A stretch of DNA of 64,000 nucleotides, taken from assembly GCF_001194135.2 (NCBI RefSeq), contig NC_069004.1:31474775-31538774 (forward strand). Direction: 5' to 3'. The stretch comes from Octopus bimaculoides (lineage: Eukaryota). Below the pieces are notes generated by a model. The model had not been told where the DNA came from. It did no database searches and saw only the letters and a list, made by a program, of their open reading frames with translations. How positions within the stretch are numbered: position 1 is the first letter of the stretch; every line of letters begins with the position of its first letter. Shown in pieces: positions 37,513 to 50,300 of the stretch. The position numbers were made by a program, and so were the translations under genes.

Positions 37513-38796
37513 AACTTTCAGAGCAAAGTGACAAGGTGCATCATCATCTTATTGAAAAACTGTATTCCCTATCAGCTCTCATCGTTCAAGCTTAGGAATG
37601 TAGTAGTTTTGCAACCTTGTACCATGACTTTATGGACACCCTGTGTGTGTATATATATAAAGGAATAGGTGTTAGGAAGGGCATCCAGCTGTAGAAACTC
37701 GGCCAAATCAGATTGGAGCCTGGTGTAGCCTTCAGGTTCCACCAGTCCTCAGTCAAATTGTCCAACCCATGCTAGCATGGAAAGCGGACGTTAAACGATG
37801 ATGATGAATACAAAAAATGAAACAAGAATGCAAAACATCCAGACAGTTAAATGATACAAAAGTTTTTTTTCCTCAGCCAGATTCCAGATTATCTTTGCAA
37901 TTTCGTCTGGTTATACTCGAGATTGCTCCAATCTGGCCGGCCCCAAGGAAAAACTAAGCTAAGAGCATTAGATTCCTTGGAAGAAAGCAGCAAATGTATA
38001 CGAAAACAAGGGCAGAAAAAAAAAACGGAGAAATGGTACACAAATAACAGGACATAACAACAGGTGTCTTTCGACTATGGACGAATTAAATTAAGCTAGC
38101 GTGTATATGGATACCTTATGTGTGTGTATATATATGGCTGTTGACAACTTTTTCCACCTTGTAAGGGTAATAATATCCCATTTTCCTGCTGTTTCCATAA
38201 CGATACAGACAAGAATGTGATATTTCAATCGCAGTATTAGGCAATACACATTCGACACTTCTAAAAAAAAAACAAATTCTTATATTAAACAGTCGTATGT
38301 CCAAATTTGGCCAAATGCATCTATTCCAATATTTAATTTTGCTTGCAACAGCTAGTTCTTTTGGTCAAACTATCATAGCTTCAGATGCTTCAGACACTAA
38401 GATATGACTAAAATTGTGAAAGTGTGGTACAATGGTTTAGCATTTTGCAAAAGTGTAGCAAGTCCTACATACGACAGTTTTGCAAAAATATTTCTAACGA
38501 AAATATCATACATGCATGGAATTACGATTTTAAACACCCGACAAAGTATTATTGTTAAACTGAAACTGTTGCTAATGTAAAAAGAAATGAAATGGTAAAA
38601 CTATTTTTTCGTTTTCTGAAGAGACTTACAACACTTTTATATAGTAGTAACGGAATGGAAGTTTATATATACACGCGGTTGTTTATATATATGAGAGAGA
38701 GAGAGACCTGTTTGTTTTGACATTGCACAATAACCAACCAATACCTTGTGAGTGAATCTGGTAGGCAAAAACTGTGTCGAAGCCTGTTATAGATAT

Positions 38797-39005
38797 GTCT
38801 GGTGTTCTCTTACAAACGATAGAGTTATAATAGGGCCATTTTCCTTTATGGAGCTGACTATGACGTCCAACAATTACTTAGACATGTTACACCTGTATAC
38901 AGTGCCACAAATACAAGATGCAGGTCCTCTTTCAACATGATGGGGCTCCTCCATGCTATGGAAGAATTGTCCGTGGCTTTCTGAATGGGACGTTTCCACA
39001 GCACA
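38797..39005 (+). mobile_element. Tc1/mariner-superfamily transposase fragment
   Basis: VWCSLTNDRVIIGPFSF...YLDML...(frameshift)FQHDGAPPCYGRIVRGFLNGTFP, a decayed second-Asp FQQDGAP motif of DD(x)D transposases. Confidence 0.75.
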
Positions 39006-39332
39006 AAATGCCTTCTTCAAAGACACAACACACTGCCTGGCCTGAGAATTGAACCTACAACCCAACACACTATGCCCATTCATTCACACAGCCAAAGATG
39101 CCATTAAGTGGCTCTGTGGTAAGAAACTTGCTTTCCAACCACATAGTTCCAGGTTCAGTCCCACTGAGTGGCACCTTGGGCAAGTGTCTTCTACTTATAG
39201 CCTCAGGCCAATGAAGCCTTGTGAGTGGATTTGGTGGCTGAGCGCTCCACAGACACGTGTACCTTTAACATAGTTCTCAGTCAAATCGTCCAACCCATGC
39301 TAGCATGGAAAGCGGATGTTAACTGATGATGA

Positions 39333-39563
39333 TGAATCCAACTGCTCTCAAAAATGAAGTAAAAAAAAAAACAGGAAAAAATGATCCAGAATCCTTGTCT
39401 GGTACCGGATTGATCCCAAAATCTAATCAGTTCGTGCTAGTCATGAGGCCAAACATCCTTGAAAGTTTCACCTGAATCCATCCAGCAGTTCTGGAGATAT
39501 CTTGTCCATGGACAAACAAACAACTGAAAACAATACCTCTGCCTTCGCTAAGGTGGAGGTAAT
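39333..39563 (+). mobile_element. Helentron/DINE-like non-autonomous element (3' hairpin end)
   Basis: Terminal stem-loop tacctctgcctt-cgct-aaggtggaggta (39534-39561), preceded by an acaaacaaac microsatellite-like stretch; family assignment is by resemblance only. Confidence 0.4.
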
Positions 39564-42013
39564 AAAGGGTAACCAGAATGAAAGCGAAAGAAGTGATGCA
39601 CTACCACTTCAGGCAATGCCAAAGTTTTACCTGTGTTACGTTTCAGGTGTGTTAAAAGATTTAACTTAAAAACGCTCAGAACTTTCTGGACAACCTAATA
39701 AATAATTCCTTAATTAAATGAAGTCACTTGTATTTTGAATAGATGAACAAACGCCTTATTGAAATAACAAAATTATTTTCAAAGCAAAAAAAAATTTTAT
39801 TCAACCAAGAAAAAACAAAGCAAACAGAAATTACAAATTAAAAATTTAAAAAAAAACAGAAAATTGAAGAAATTGTTTTAAAACTAAATGATTTAAGTTT
39901 TGTGGTCAAAACAAAGTTTTTGGAATCTGAAGAATTCTAACATTTGAACATGGAGCATTTTTTTTATCATTGATTATCAAGAATTTCAACTTCAAAAACA
40001 CAAAAATATTTTCAAAAAATTTTTTTTCCCTTACAAATTCTCTCCTCCACAGATATTTATAAACTTGTGAATGGTTTCTTCAACTCCATCCAAACTAGCT
40101 GTGAATAGGAACCATAATTTGGGGATAACAGTAAGCAGCAGTAGCTGTGTCTAATTGAAGAATTGCTTCATTAACCAAGTTTGGAGTTTAATTTGTCCAG
40201 TAAGAACAGATTGTATCTCTCTCTTTCTCTTTCTAGGTATGGCTGTGTGGTAAGAAGCTTGCTTCTCAACCACATGGTTCCGGGTTCAGTCCCACTACAT
40301 GGCACCTTGGGCAAGTGTCTTCTACTGTAAGCCTCAGGCTAGAAAAAGCCTTGAATGGATTTGGTAGATGGAAACTGAAAGAATCCTGTCGTGTGTTCGT
40401 GTCTGTCCACCACCACTTGACAACTGGTGTTGGTGTGTTTATATCCCTGTAAACTGATAGAACAAGTACCAGGCTTTAAAAAGTAGTGGGGTCAACGAGT
40501 GACTAAAATTCCTCAAGACGGTGCCCCAGCATGGCCACAGTTTAATGACTGAAACAAGTAACGGTATATATTCTTCTCTGGCACTGTCGGTTACTATTAC
40601 AAGAGTTCCAGCCTGCTTATGGAATTAATGTGCAAGTGGCTGAGTACTCCACAGACAGGTATCCTTAAAGCAGTTAGTGCAACATACAGGTACATCTCAC
40701 ATTTCACTTATAGCCCCTCTTTATTCTGTGAACCTTATCCGAGTATATGTTTTCTACACAGAACATATCTTGCCTATTTATATGCCGTGGCACTCCGCCA
40801 GTTACGAGAACGAGGGTTCCAGTTGATCGGATTAATGGAACAGCCTGCTTATGAAATTAACATGCAAGTGGCTGAGCACTCCACAGACACGTGTACCCTT
40901 AACGTAGTTCTCGGGGGAGATTCAGCATCACACAGAGTGTGACGAGGCTGGCCCCTTTGAAATACAGGTACAATAGAAACAGGAAGAAAGAGTGAGAGAA
41001 AGTTGTGGTGAAAGAGTACAGCAGGGTTCGCCACCATGCCCTGCCGGAGCCTTGTGGAGTTTTAGGTGTTTTCGCTCAACAAACACTCACAACGTCCGGT
41101 CTGGGAATCGAAACCACGATATATTCATGTTGATATATTCATGAATAAGTCACTAACCAAAATAAGTGGATCTATTGTTTAGGAAAATACTATTTACTTG
41201 TTTACGGGTTTTACTGGACAAATTGCGAAAATAAGTTCAAATCCTAAGAAATAAGCATACTCAATTTGATTGATACTAAATGATTTNNNNNNNNNNNNNN
41301 NNNNNNNNNNNNNNNNNNNNNNNNNNNNNNNNNNNNNNNNNNNNNNNNNNNNNNNNNNNNNNNNNNNNNNNNNNNNNNNNNNNNNNNNNNNNNNNNNNNN
41401 NNNNNNNNNNNNNNNNNNNNNNNNNNNNNNNNNNNNNNNNNNNNNNNNNNNNNNNNNNNNNNNNNNNNNNNNNNNNNNNNNNNNNNNNNNNNNNNNNNNN
41501 NNNNNNNNNNNNNNNNNNNNNNNNNNNNNNNNNNNNNNNNNNNNNNNNNNNNNNNNNNNNNNNNNNNNNNNNNNNNNNNNNNNNNNNNNNNNNNNNNNNN
41601 NNNNNNNNNNNNNNNNNNNNNNNNNNNNNNNNNNNNNNNNNNNNNNNNNNNNNNNNNNNNNNNNNNNNNNNNNNNNNNNNNNNNNNNNNNNNNNNNNNNN
41701 NNNNNNNNNNNNNNNNNNNNNNNNNNNNNNNNNNNNNNNNNNNNNNNNNNNNNNNNNNNNNNNNNNNNNNNNNNNNNNNNNNGGCGGGCCGACACCAGTA
41801 AAGATCAAGGAAGGTCAAAGGGTAGATTTAGGGAAGAAGGTAGATAAGGGGGTGGGAGGGATTTGAGCAATGGTGGGAGAGTAGGTGGATACCAAAGTAG
41901 GGGAGAGCCCCCCCCCCATACATATTCTGGATAGTAATGTATGATATAGTAGACAAAGGAAAGAAATTTAACAGTGGTTCATCAAACACACACATATCTC
42001 TAGAACATGTTTC

Positions 42014-44009
42014 TTATTTCGTGGTGTCAGCAGCAAGCTTGCAGGATTTCAAGGGATTGTCCGCAGACTTGAAAGACAGGTTTTCCGGAATTTGCACTTT
42101 GTTCGCATTGGAAGGCACAGAGTTGTCACAGAACTTCTGCGGCCAGGAATTAACGGGATAATTAAAAGTGTTCCAGAATAATGAAGGTCGGTTGTAATTA
42201 CCGAACCCTAGATTTTGTGGCGCGCGGGCCAACTGGTAGCCATTACTCGGGTAAATGTAGGAAGGACTGTATTCTGAATTTGCCACTCCATTCGTGGCCA
42301 CCTGCGCTGGAGTATAATACATAGTGTTATTGGCAGAAGTAGTAGAGGTGGCGGTGGTGGTGGTGGTAGTAGTACTACTACTACTATTACTGCTGCTGCT
42401 ACTACTACTAATGTTACTATTGCTGCTGTGTACGTCAGACATCTTGCTGGAAGTGGCAGCAGGATAGTTGGAAATGGCGAAGGATGTCTTCGGGGTGTAG
42501 TAGCCAAAGTCTGGCTGAGGCGAAGAAGAATAGATATGACTGGGTGGTGGTGGCTGGGTGGAAGACATCTGCAGGTTCAAAGGCAGGTTAACGCTTGGTA
42601 CCGATTGATTCCCACTGATCTGTTGGACAACGGGGTAGGTGTTTGGTGATGGCATGAAAGAATCTGAAATGGTAAGATGAACAAAAAAAAAAAAAATTAT
42701 AACGAAATCTACCAGAGGAATAAAGGCATCAACAACTAATTATTTCCCCTGGCAATTAATCTCACCCTTAGAGAGCTTGGTTCCTTTATTTTACATCCAT
42801 TTTTTCCAATCTTTCATAAACGGGTTAATTTTTTCTTTTTCTTTATATATATATGTGTGTGTGTGTGTGTGTGGAGGAGTGTGGCCTAATGGTTAGGGTG
42901 TCAGCATCATGATCGTAAGATTGTGGTTTCGATTCCTGGNNNNNNNNNNNNNNNNNNNNNNNNNNNNNNNNNNNNNNNNNNNNNNNNNNNNNNNNNNNNN
43001 NNNNNNNNNNNNNNNNNNNNNNNNNNNNNNNNNNNNNNNNNNNNNNNNNNNNNNNNNNNNNNNACGTTGCTCCAGTCCACTCAGCTGGCAAAAATGATTA
43101 ACGCTGCGATGGACTGGGGAACACATACGCCATTGAAACCAGGCCCATGATCCTGGCTAGGCTTTAAAAGGGTGCGTTTTTATATATATATATTAGTCAG
43201 GAAGGAAAGCAATGCCCACAGCCCTTTGTAGGGGCCTCCAAGACTGGAGAAAGGGGAAGAATGGAAAGAGAGAGGGAAAGTGACAGGAGAGAAGGGGGTA
43301 GAAAGTGGGAGAGGGAGTACCAGACAGATGGAAGAGTATTGTAGAAAATGAAGGAGAGTATATTTTAGATTGAAAAAGAACTTTATCTTAATTTTCAAAA
43401 ATAAAAGTATTAAAAAAAAACACTTATGGGATGATCCAATATATATCTCCCCACACATAATACACATAGTCCATTCAAAATGCCAAGAGCATTAACCATA
43501 ATGTCAACAGATAAATATAGAAAGAAATAAACATTTAACTCCCCACGTCTTTCACAGAACCAACACTACACCATACACTCACAGAATCCACAATGTCAAC
43601 AAATACACACACACACCGCTGCCTACACTCACACTTTCCTTCTACCTCTCATACATTCTTATTCTTACTCAAGTCTATATAAATATTGAACCAAACAAAA
43701 GATAGACAGAGAGGGCATCGTTGAAGTCATGAATGGCAACAAAGGGACTTTGACAAACCTAGCTGATTGACTGAACAGAACCTGTGCATGTGTTTATTAT
43801 TGGCATAATGACCCTACCAAGATACAAAAAAATGTTTCAACCCATAAGTTAACACAGATAATTTTGCAAACCAAACACAAAAATTTCTATATCTATATAT
43901 ATAGAGAATGGATATAATAACAATGGGAAACTCGTGGTTTTCGCTGGTATGTCTTTAAATTAAATAGATAACAAAGGAGGAAGAAGCAGAGATAAGAGAA
44001 GCATTTACA

Positions 44010-44041
<32 letters not shown>

Positions 44042-44051
44042 NNNNNNNNNN

Positions 44052-44087
<36 letters not shown>

Positions 44088-46055
44088 CTTCTTGACTTGG
44101 CTGACAAAGACGCTTGTGTATGAACAGATATACTCCATGGTAGTGAGACATGGGCTCTGACTGCAGAAGACATGCACAGACTGGAGAGAAATGAAGGCAG
44201 TATGCTCTGTTGGATGTGCAACATCAGTGCACATGTATGACAAAGTGCAAATGTATTGAGAGTAAAGTTGGGCATAAGAGGAATCAAATGTAGCATGCAA
44301 GAGAGAAGACTACGCTGGTTTGGACATGTGATGTGTATGAATGAGGACAACTGCATAAAGAAGTGCTAAGTGAAAATGGATGGTATCCATGGAAGAGGGG
44401 GAACCAGGAAGACATGGGATGAAGTGGTAGGGACCAATCTCAGGATGTTGGGCCTCACAGAACAAATGACAATGGACCAAAATGTCTTGCAATATGAGGT
44501 TCTTGAGAAAACCCGCCCACGTCAGTGAAACAGTTCTAGAAGCGCTGAATGTCCCCCACTCACACTTAACAAGAAAACTTCCCACAACAAACCAAACTAC
44601 ATCTCTTCCCTTCCTCGTCTTTCCACTTCGTGCACTATGCTTACCCCCCACTCCTTAATCCTGTCCTATTGGCAACTCTCATACCTTTTCCCAAGCAATG
44701 CGTGTGTGTGTTTATAGTATACGAGTGAGTGAACAAACAAAAGAAGGGCACTCGACCAATTTATTGGGAGTTACATGGAGGGATCAAAACAGTTCGATTC
44801 AAATTCCTTGATTCAAAATTCCTTAAAGTTTCAAAATTTAATACTTATCTTCAACCATTGGAAATTTGAATTTTAATATACACAGTAATCCCTCGACAAT
44901 TGTGGGTGTTATGTTCCAAAAACACCCTGTGATAGGTGAAAATCCGCAAATTAGAAACAGTACTGTATGATTTGTCTTTATAATTTTTATGATTTGTATA
45001 TATCTATTTTATTATAAATGCAAAACAACACCAGGGAGGAATCGCCGTAAGCTTAAATAATAAACCGCGATGGGTGAACCATGATATGGCAAGGGATTAC
45101 TCTGTGTATGTAAATTCAAATACACAAACAATTAAAATACAAAGAAAAAAGAAAAAAAGCAGACGCGAGGACATGTATAAGAAATATATTAATTTGACCC
45201 TTCGTGAAAGGAGAGAGTTAAGATTTTGAGCATAAGTTCTTCATCGGACACAGGAAAGCCCAAAGAGAAAGATGGAAAAATAAGGGGAAAAAAAAATCGC
45301 CAACAGTTCACATGCAGTTACATTTCTACACACACACACGAGAAGGTGCTTAAAAGTTCCTGGCTTTAAGGGTTGGAAACCAGGCCTCCAGAGTTCTTTT
45401 ATAGGGCTTAGAAAAAACTGAAGAACCATTGTGTGAATCTGAGAAGAGAATATGTTGAATAAAATTGTAATTAACTGATCGTCCTGTATTTTCTTTCACC
45501 CAAAGCCAGGAACTTTTCAGCACCCCCTCATACACACACACAGTTTACAGTTCCATTTTAGGTAGGATCAACAATAAAAGTACCCCACCCTGCAAGATAA
45601 ATATCATTTCATATACATAAATACAAAAGAGCCACTAAGGATTTCATGCTTTAAGATACAATAAATTGGAAGATTTGTGTAAGTTGCATTTATTTCCAAG
45701 CTTCAAATTATCAGCTCTTTCGTAATGTGTGTGTGTGTATATATACACACACATATATATACATATACGCATGCACACACACAATATATATACACACACA
45801 TAGATATATATATACACACACATATAGATATATACATACATGCACACGCACACATGTACATACATATATACATATATATATATATACACACACATATATA
45901 CAAATATATATATATACATATACACAAATATACATATACACATATACACAAATATACATATACACATATACACAAATATACATATACACAAATACATATA
46001 TATATCCAAATATACATATATACATATACACAAATACATATACACATATACACAA

Positions 46056-46094
<39 letters not shown>

Positions 46095-47596
46095 GGCACG
46101 TGGCCTAGTGGTTAGGCTGTGGTTAGACTCACAATCGCTTGATTGAGGGTTTGATTCCGACTGGGCAATGCCTTGTGTCCTTGAGCAAAACTCATCACTT
46201 TACATCGCTCCAGACCCCCTTTTGATCAGTGGGGAATGTTGTTGGCGTCATTTGAAGGCCAAAACAATACAAAAAGTGTATTGTGACCAGCGATGTGTAA
46301 CAACACCTGATGGCCTGGTCAATCACATGATATATATACATACATATATATGCATGCATGCATATGTACGTATGTATATATGTATGTACACCTTATTTAC
46401 CAAATTCACTCACAAGGCACAGGATGGCTCAGGATTCTAGTAAAAGACACTGTGGGGCACAGTGGGAATGAACCCAAAATCTTGTGGTTTCAAGTCAGGC
46501 TTCTTAACCACACAGCCATACCTGGCATGTACAGTAATAACCTCACTTTACGAGACCCCAAGTTTATGAGTTTTACTTTCAAGCACAACAAATGCTTCTG
46601 CATGTTACCAAGAGATTTATAGAGCAAAAGAAAGCTTCTTCTAAACAAATAACCCTAGACTTGTTTTTCAAAAAGAAATCTACAAGTCTGTCTAGGAGTG
46701 CTTGTGAATTGGTAATTGCTGGCCTTGTGCCAAAATTTGAAAGCAATATGATCAATACTGCTCGTAACCTGTCGCTACAGGTTATATATCATTAATATAA
46801 ACAAATTTGGAGCCTATGATGTCTAATATTACAGTAAATTTCCTTTATTTATCAAATCTTTATTAAATTCTTACGAATACAAATTGTTTCATAATAAACA
46901 AATGATCTCTGAACTTCTGATGAAATGGATCTCTGAACTTCTGATGAAATGGATCTACAAGATGAAATGGATCTACAAGATGAAATGGATCCACAAATGA
47001 TGATGTGCATGAGTCTAGTGTGAGTGAAAGGGATTCAGAAAACCGTTGTAATATTAGTATCTTTTATTATAAATAACCTCGACATTTTTACTTTACATAA
47101 AATATTCTTTAGATTCTGCTGTTGATTTATTACTATTTTTTTCTGATTACTATAAATTTTACAGGTAAAATATTTTTCTGGGAACAAATTACAATTTATA
47201 ACATGGCTACTATGGGTAATTATTGCTCTGCTTTACGAGTTTTCGCTTTACAAATTAATACGTATATTGAGGTATGTAATGAATAAATGAATAAATAAAT
47301 GTAATCTTACCTGCAGTGACGCAGTTAGAATAATCAGTCACCTGTTGGCAGAATTTTTCGCATCTTATGCAACCTTTGAAAATATCCTTGACGTTAATGT
47401 CGGGATGTCTTTGGAGCAGGATCTGTTGTCTGCTAATTCGGCGCCGTTCTTCTACCAAAATGCATTTCATACAATTACACAAGATGTAGGGGCAGCAACC
47501 TTTGTGGCCCTTCATCTTGGCATCAAAGCCATGATTTCTACAACGAGAACATTTCGGGTTCCGATATGAAGTTGGATAAACTTTTTTCCTGTTCAT
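42014..47596 (-). CDS. DMRT: DM-domain (doublesex/mab-3-related) transcription factor, 2 coding exons (47596-47311, 42663-42014), ~311 aa
   Basis: The first coding exon encodes RNPKCSRCRNHGFDAKMKGHKGCCPYILCNCMKCILVEERRRISRQQILLQR with all eight Zn ligands of the DM domain. Donor GCAG|gtaaga (phase 1) joins acceptor ccatttcag|ATTCTTTCATG (phase 1) in frame to a 215-aa P/S/T/N/Y-rich exon. An acceptor ttttttccag| at 47628 shows at least one upstream exon exists. The symbol is given at family level only. Confidence 0.92.
44085..44530 (+). mobile_element. RTE-type LINE 3' end relic (Dmrt intron)
   Basis: HGSETWALTAEDMHRLERNEGSMLCWMCNIS...LRVKLGIRGIKCSMQERRLRWFGHVMCMNEDNCIKKC...GRGGTRKTWDEVV, with internal stops. 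Confidence 0.85.
44883..45102. mobile_element. pogo/Tigger-like MITE
   Basis: Ends cagtaatccctcg ... aagggattact are inverted repeats with the CAGT terminus typical of Tigger elements. Confidence 0.6.
45339..45530 (+). mobile_element. Mariner internal-deletion derivative (second copy, opposite orientation, at ~62284-62495)
   Basis: TIRs cgagaaggtgcttaaaagttcctggcttt / aaagccaggaacttttcagcaccccctca|ta; interior reads FYRA*KKLKNHCVNLRREYVE*, like the mariner transposase C-terminus. Confidence 0.75.
45725..46090. repeat. Compound (TA/CA)n microsatellite; GATA/GA block at 5203-5400 and many shorter ones
   Basis: Directly visible. Confidence 0.95.
46529..46700 (+). mobile_element. Tigger-like relic
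   Basis: ta|cagtaataacctcactttacgag left end, followed by KKASSKQITLDLFFKK, resembling the KQxTLDxFF C-terminus of Tigger transposases. Confidence 0.5.
46904..46999. repeat. Nested short tandem repeats (24 bp x2, then 18 bp x2 plus a partial unit)
   Basis: gatctctgaacttctgatgaaatg at 46904 and 46928; gatctacaagatgaaatg at 46952 and 46970; gatccacaaatg at 46988. Confidence 0.9.
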
Positions 47597-47627
47597 GGTA
47601 AACGCTGTGTTAAAATGCTGGAAGTCT
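47311..47627 (-). CDS. DMRT: DM-domain exon of the Dmrt gene (first ATG at 47596; the upstream 31 nt are also open in frame)
   Basis: C-x2-C-x2-H ... H-x3-C-x4-C-x-C-x2-C pattern; flanked by a polypyrimidine acceptor and a GTAAG donor. Confidence 0.93.
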
Positions 47628-50039
47628 CTGGAAAAAACAACAAATAAATAATTCCATAATTAAACGAAAGTGTTAATGAAAGTTAAAGAAGTGATTTTAA
47701 ATTCCCAAACACAGGATAATGCTAATAATATAGCCTGAACAAGATAAGCTACCTCTGTTTTGTAAAAAAAAGTGTGGGCGGCCAGCCATGAGACTCGAAC
47801 TCACACCTCCGTGATTATTTAATGCGAGGGAACACAGAAAATCAAATTGGGAAGAATTAAGGAGCAAAAAAAAAAACCCTGTCAGTCAATGACTACAATA
47901 ATTATTTTTGCACTAGGCGCAAGGCCTGGAAAATTTGGAGGGGAAGGGGGCCAATCGATTATACTGACCCCGATGCGTAACTAGTACTTATAAACGTGGT
48001 CGATGGTGCCATCCCTAAACAAGTGCGTTTCCTGATTTTATTTCGTAACTTTCAGAAAAATGAATATTTTAAAATTAAACTTTCTACAAATACCTTTCAC
48101 ATGGTGCAGATTACGTTTATATTGGAATTAAAATGTGACGAAAATATATATATATATATATATATATATTTGGCGCACACATTATATACTGACACACATC
48201 ACACATCTACAAAATGGAACTTGAAATTTATAAAAAAGTTAAATAAGTGATTTGCGTCAGTATGTGTGCGCGCCATTTTTTTTTCTTTCTTTTTCTGCAT
48301 TAGTCCGTTTATAATCGGAATTTACATCATCTGAAGTGAATTTAATATAAAGGATTTCATTAATAAATACCCATTTTTCTGAAAGTTATGAGGAAACAAA
48401 GTCGGAGGTGGTACCGTCGTTTGTGACGTATAAGATTCGAAGAGTGCTCCTTGTAAAGTTTATAGAAACTTAAATATCAAAGACAAGCAGAACCCAATGA
48501 AACTTAACTGACGTTTCATCTTATGGGTGAAGATTAAAACGAATGCAAATCTTAATTGCAAATAAAACTATCTTCACAATTAATAGGAAGACTAATTAAT
48601 CGATACCACCACCCAAGGCATTGTTAACCCCAGCCACTCCACCTAAAACATAAGTTTATTTATAACGCGCTTCTCTAAGACGATCTGACGATTCTTAACG
48701 TTATAGTGTTACTCGGGGGAGGGATGCTTAGCTACTATTTTTGGGAGTGACACAGGACTTTGGATTGGGGTACTGTAAGTAATAAGTGAATAAAACTTAC
48801 AATATAGTTTGGCAGACGTAAAGAAAGTGGACCTCACCACCACCACCCCCTTTCGCTTTTTGTCTTTTCTTTTTTTTTTTTTTTAAACAGAANNNNNNNN
48901 NNNNNNNNNNNNNNNNNNNNNNNNNNNNNNNNNNNNNNNNNNNNNNNNNNNNNNNNNNNNNNNNNNNNNNNNNNNNNNNNNNNNNNNNNNNNNNNNNNNN
49001 NNNNNNNNNNNNNNNNNNNNNNNNNNNNNNNNNNNNNNNNNNNNNNNNNNNNNNNNNNNNNNNNNNNNNNNNNNNNNNNNNNNNNNNNNNNNNNNNNNNN
49101 NNNNNNNNNNCACCTAAAGTTTTAATTAACATTTCTTTCGGATTATATATATTATCGAAGGTGCCGCGCTGCACGACCGAACCCGAAATCCTGTGATCGA
49201 AACAAGTGGTTACTCACACACACAAACAAACACAAATACAGTGACGTCAATTTATTTATATAGGTGTGTTTATATATAACTACGCTTTGCAATCACGTGG
49301 TTTCGAGTTCCATCTCACTGCGCGGCACCTTCGGCAATGGGGTCGATCAATGCTTTTACGAGGGAACTGAGTTAATTCAGTAGACGAAAACTGTGTGGAA
49401 GCCCATCGATTGTGTGTGCCACCTCCCCGCTTGACAACCGGTATTGGCTTGTTAATGGCAACCAATCGTTTCGAGTCTCAGAATTGCCATTGACTTGTCA
49501 AGATTCGTTCGTTGGTTTCCGTGTGCCGTGACAGCACGTGTTGTCAACCGACGGCGATCTCGTTTTCTTCTTGGAAATTTACGGATTTTACAAATACACG
49601 CACGGAAACTAACTAAAACCCTTCATGGTGATGTCCCTGGATGATCGCAACCCACAGAAACAATATAAGGAAGATAAAAGGTGTGTGTGTGTACACACAC
49701 CTTATCCACACATGGTTGGGTGCACGTGGGACAGAAAAACGTCGAGAAACATAAAAATAACTGCTTGGCTGACTTCAAACATCGTTCAAAGATCTTATTA
49801 TACCTTGTGATTGTCTTCAGTTAAATATATTTTTAAGGGTTAATGTTGACATTATTATCCCTAAACGAAATCGCAAAAAAAAAAATAGTGCAACGGGTGT
49901 TAAAAAAAATGTGTAGGAAACGAATGTGAGAACAAAAATGCCCTGAAAGTGCAGCATTGACAGCAAAACATCTGTGGAGTAAATGATGGGCTAATTCGAC
50001 TAAGCAACATGCTATGCGTCCGTTTGGAGTATTTCAGGT

Positions 50040-50300
50040 CCTAACCGGTCATGGAAAATTGAGGGTGGTGGTTATGTGATTTTTGAATGCACCGAGAAGC
50101 TCTTTTGCAGCAGTTGGCGCTGTGTCTAACACGACCCATCATCTGAAATCTTGACACCTCCTTCGAGTTTGATGTCCTATCACTCAAAGTAAATTTGGAG
50201 GAACTGTGGTTGTTCATTTGTGGATAACAGGGAACCAATGAGGTGATAGACTTGTCCTTGAACTTTGACGTCGGCGTAAATTCATGTTTAACTATCTTAG
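50040..50300 (-). mobile_element. Helitron RepHel N-terminal relic
   Basis: EFTPT(frameshift)KVQGQVYHLIGSLLSTNEQPQFLQIYF matches the conserved Helitron motif MPTFKVQGQVYHxIGSLLP...FLQIYF. Confidence 0.8.

Noticed and set aside
42208-42649. Alternative-frame and antisense ORFs over Dmrt exon 2
   Set aside because: Shadows of the real exon; only the 42014-42663 frame is in phase with the DM exon donor.
45644-46146. YIYI/HTHT-type ORFs
   Set aside because: TA/CA dinucleotide microsatellite translations.
47775-47825. tRNA-like 3' half on the - strand (gtgag-ttcgagt-ctcat T-arm followed by oligo-T)
   Set aside because: No D-arm or matching acceptor stem, so it is not an intact tRNA; likely a SINE-head relic.
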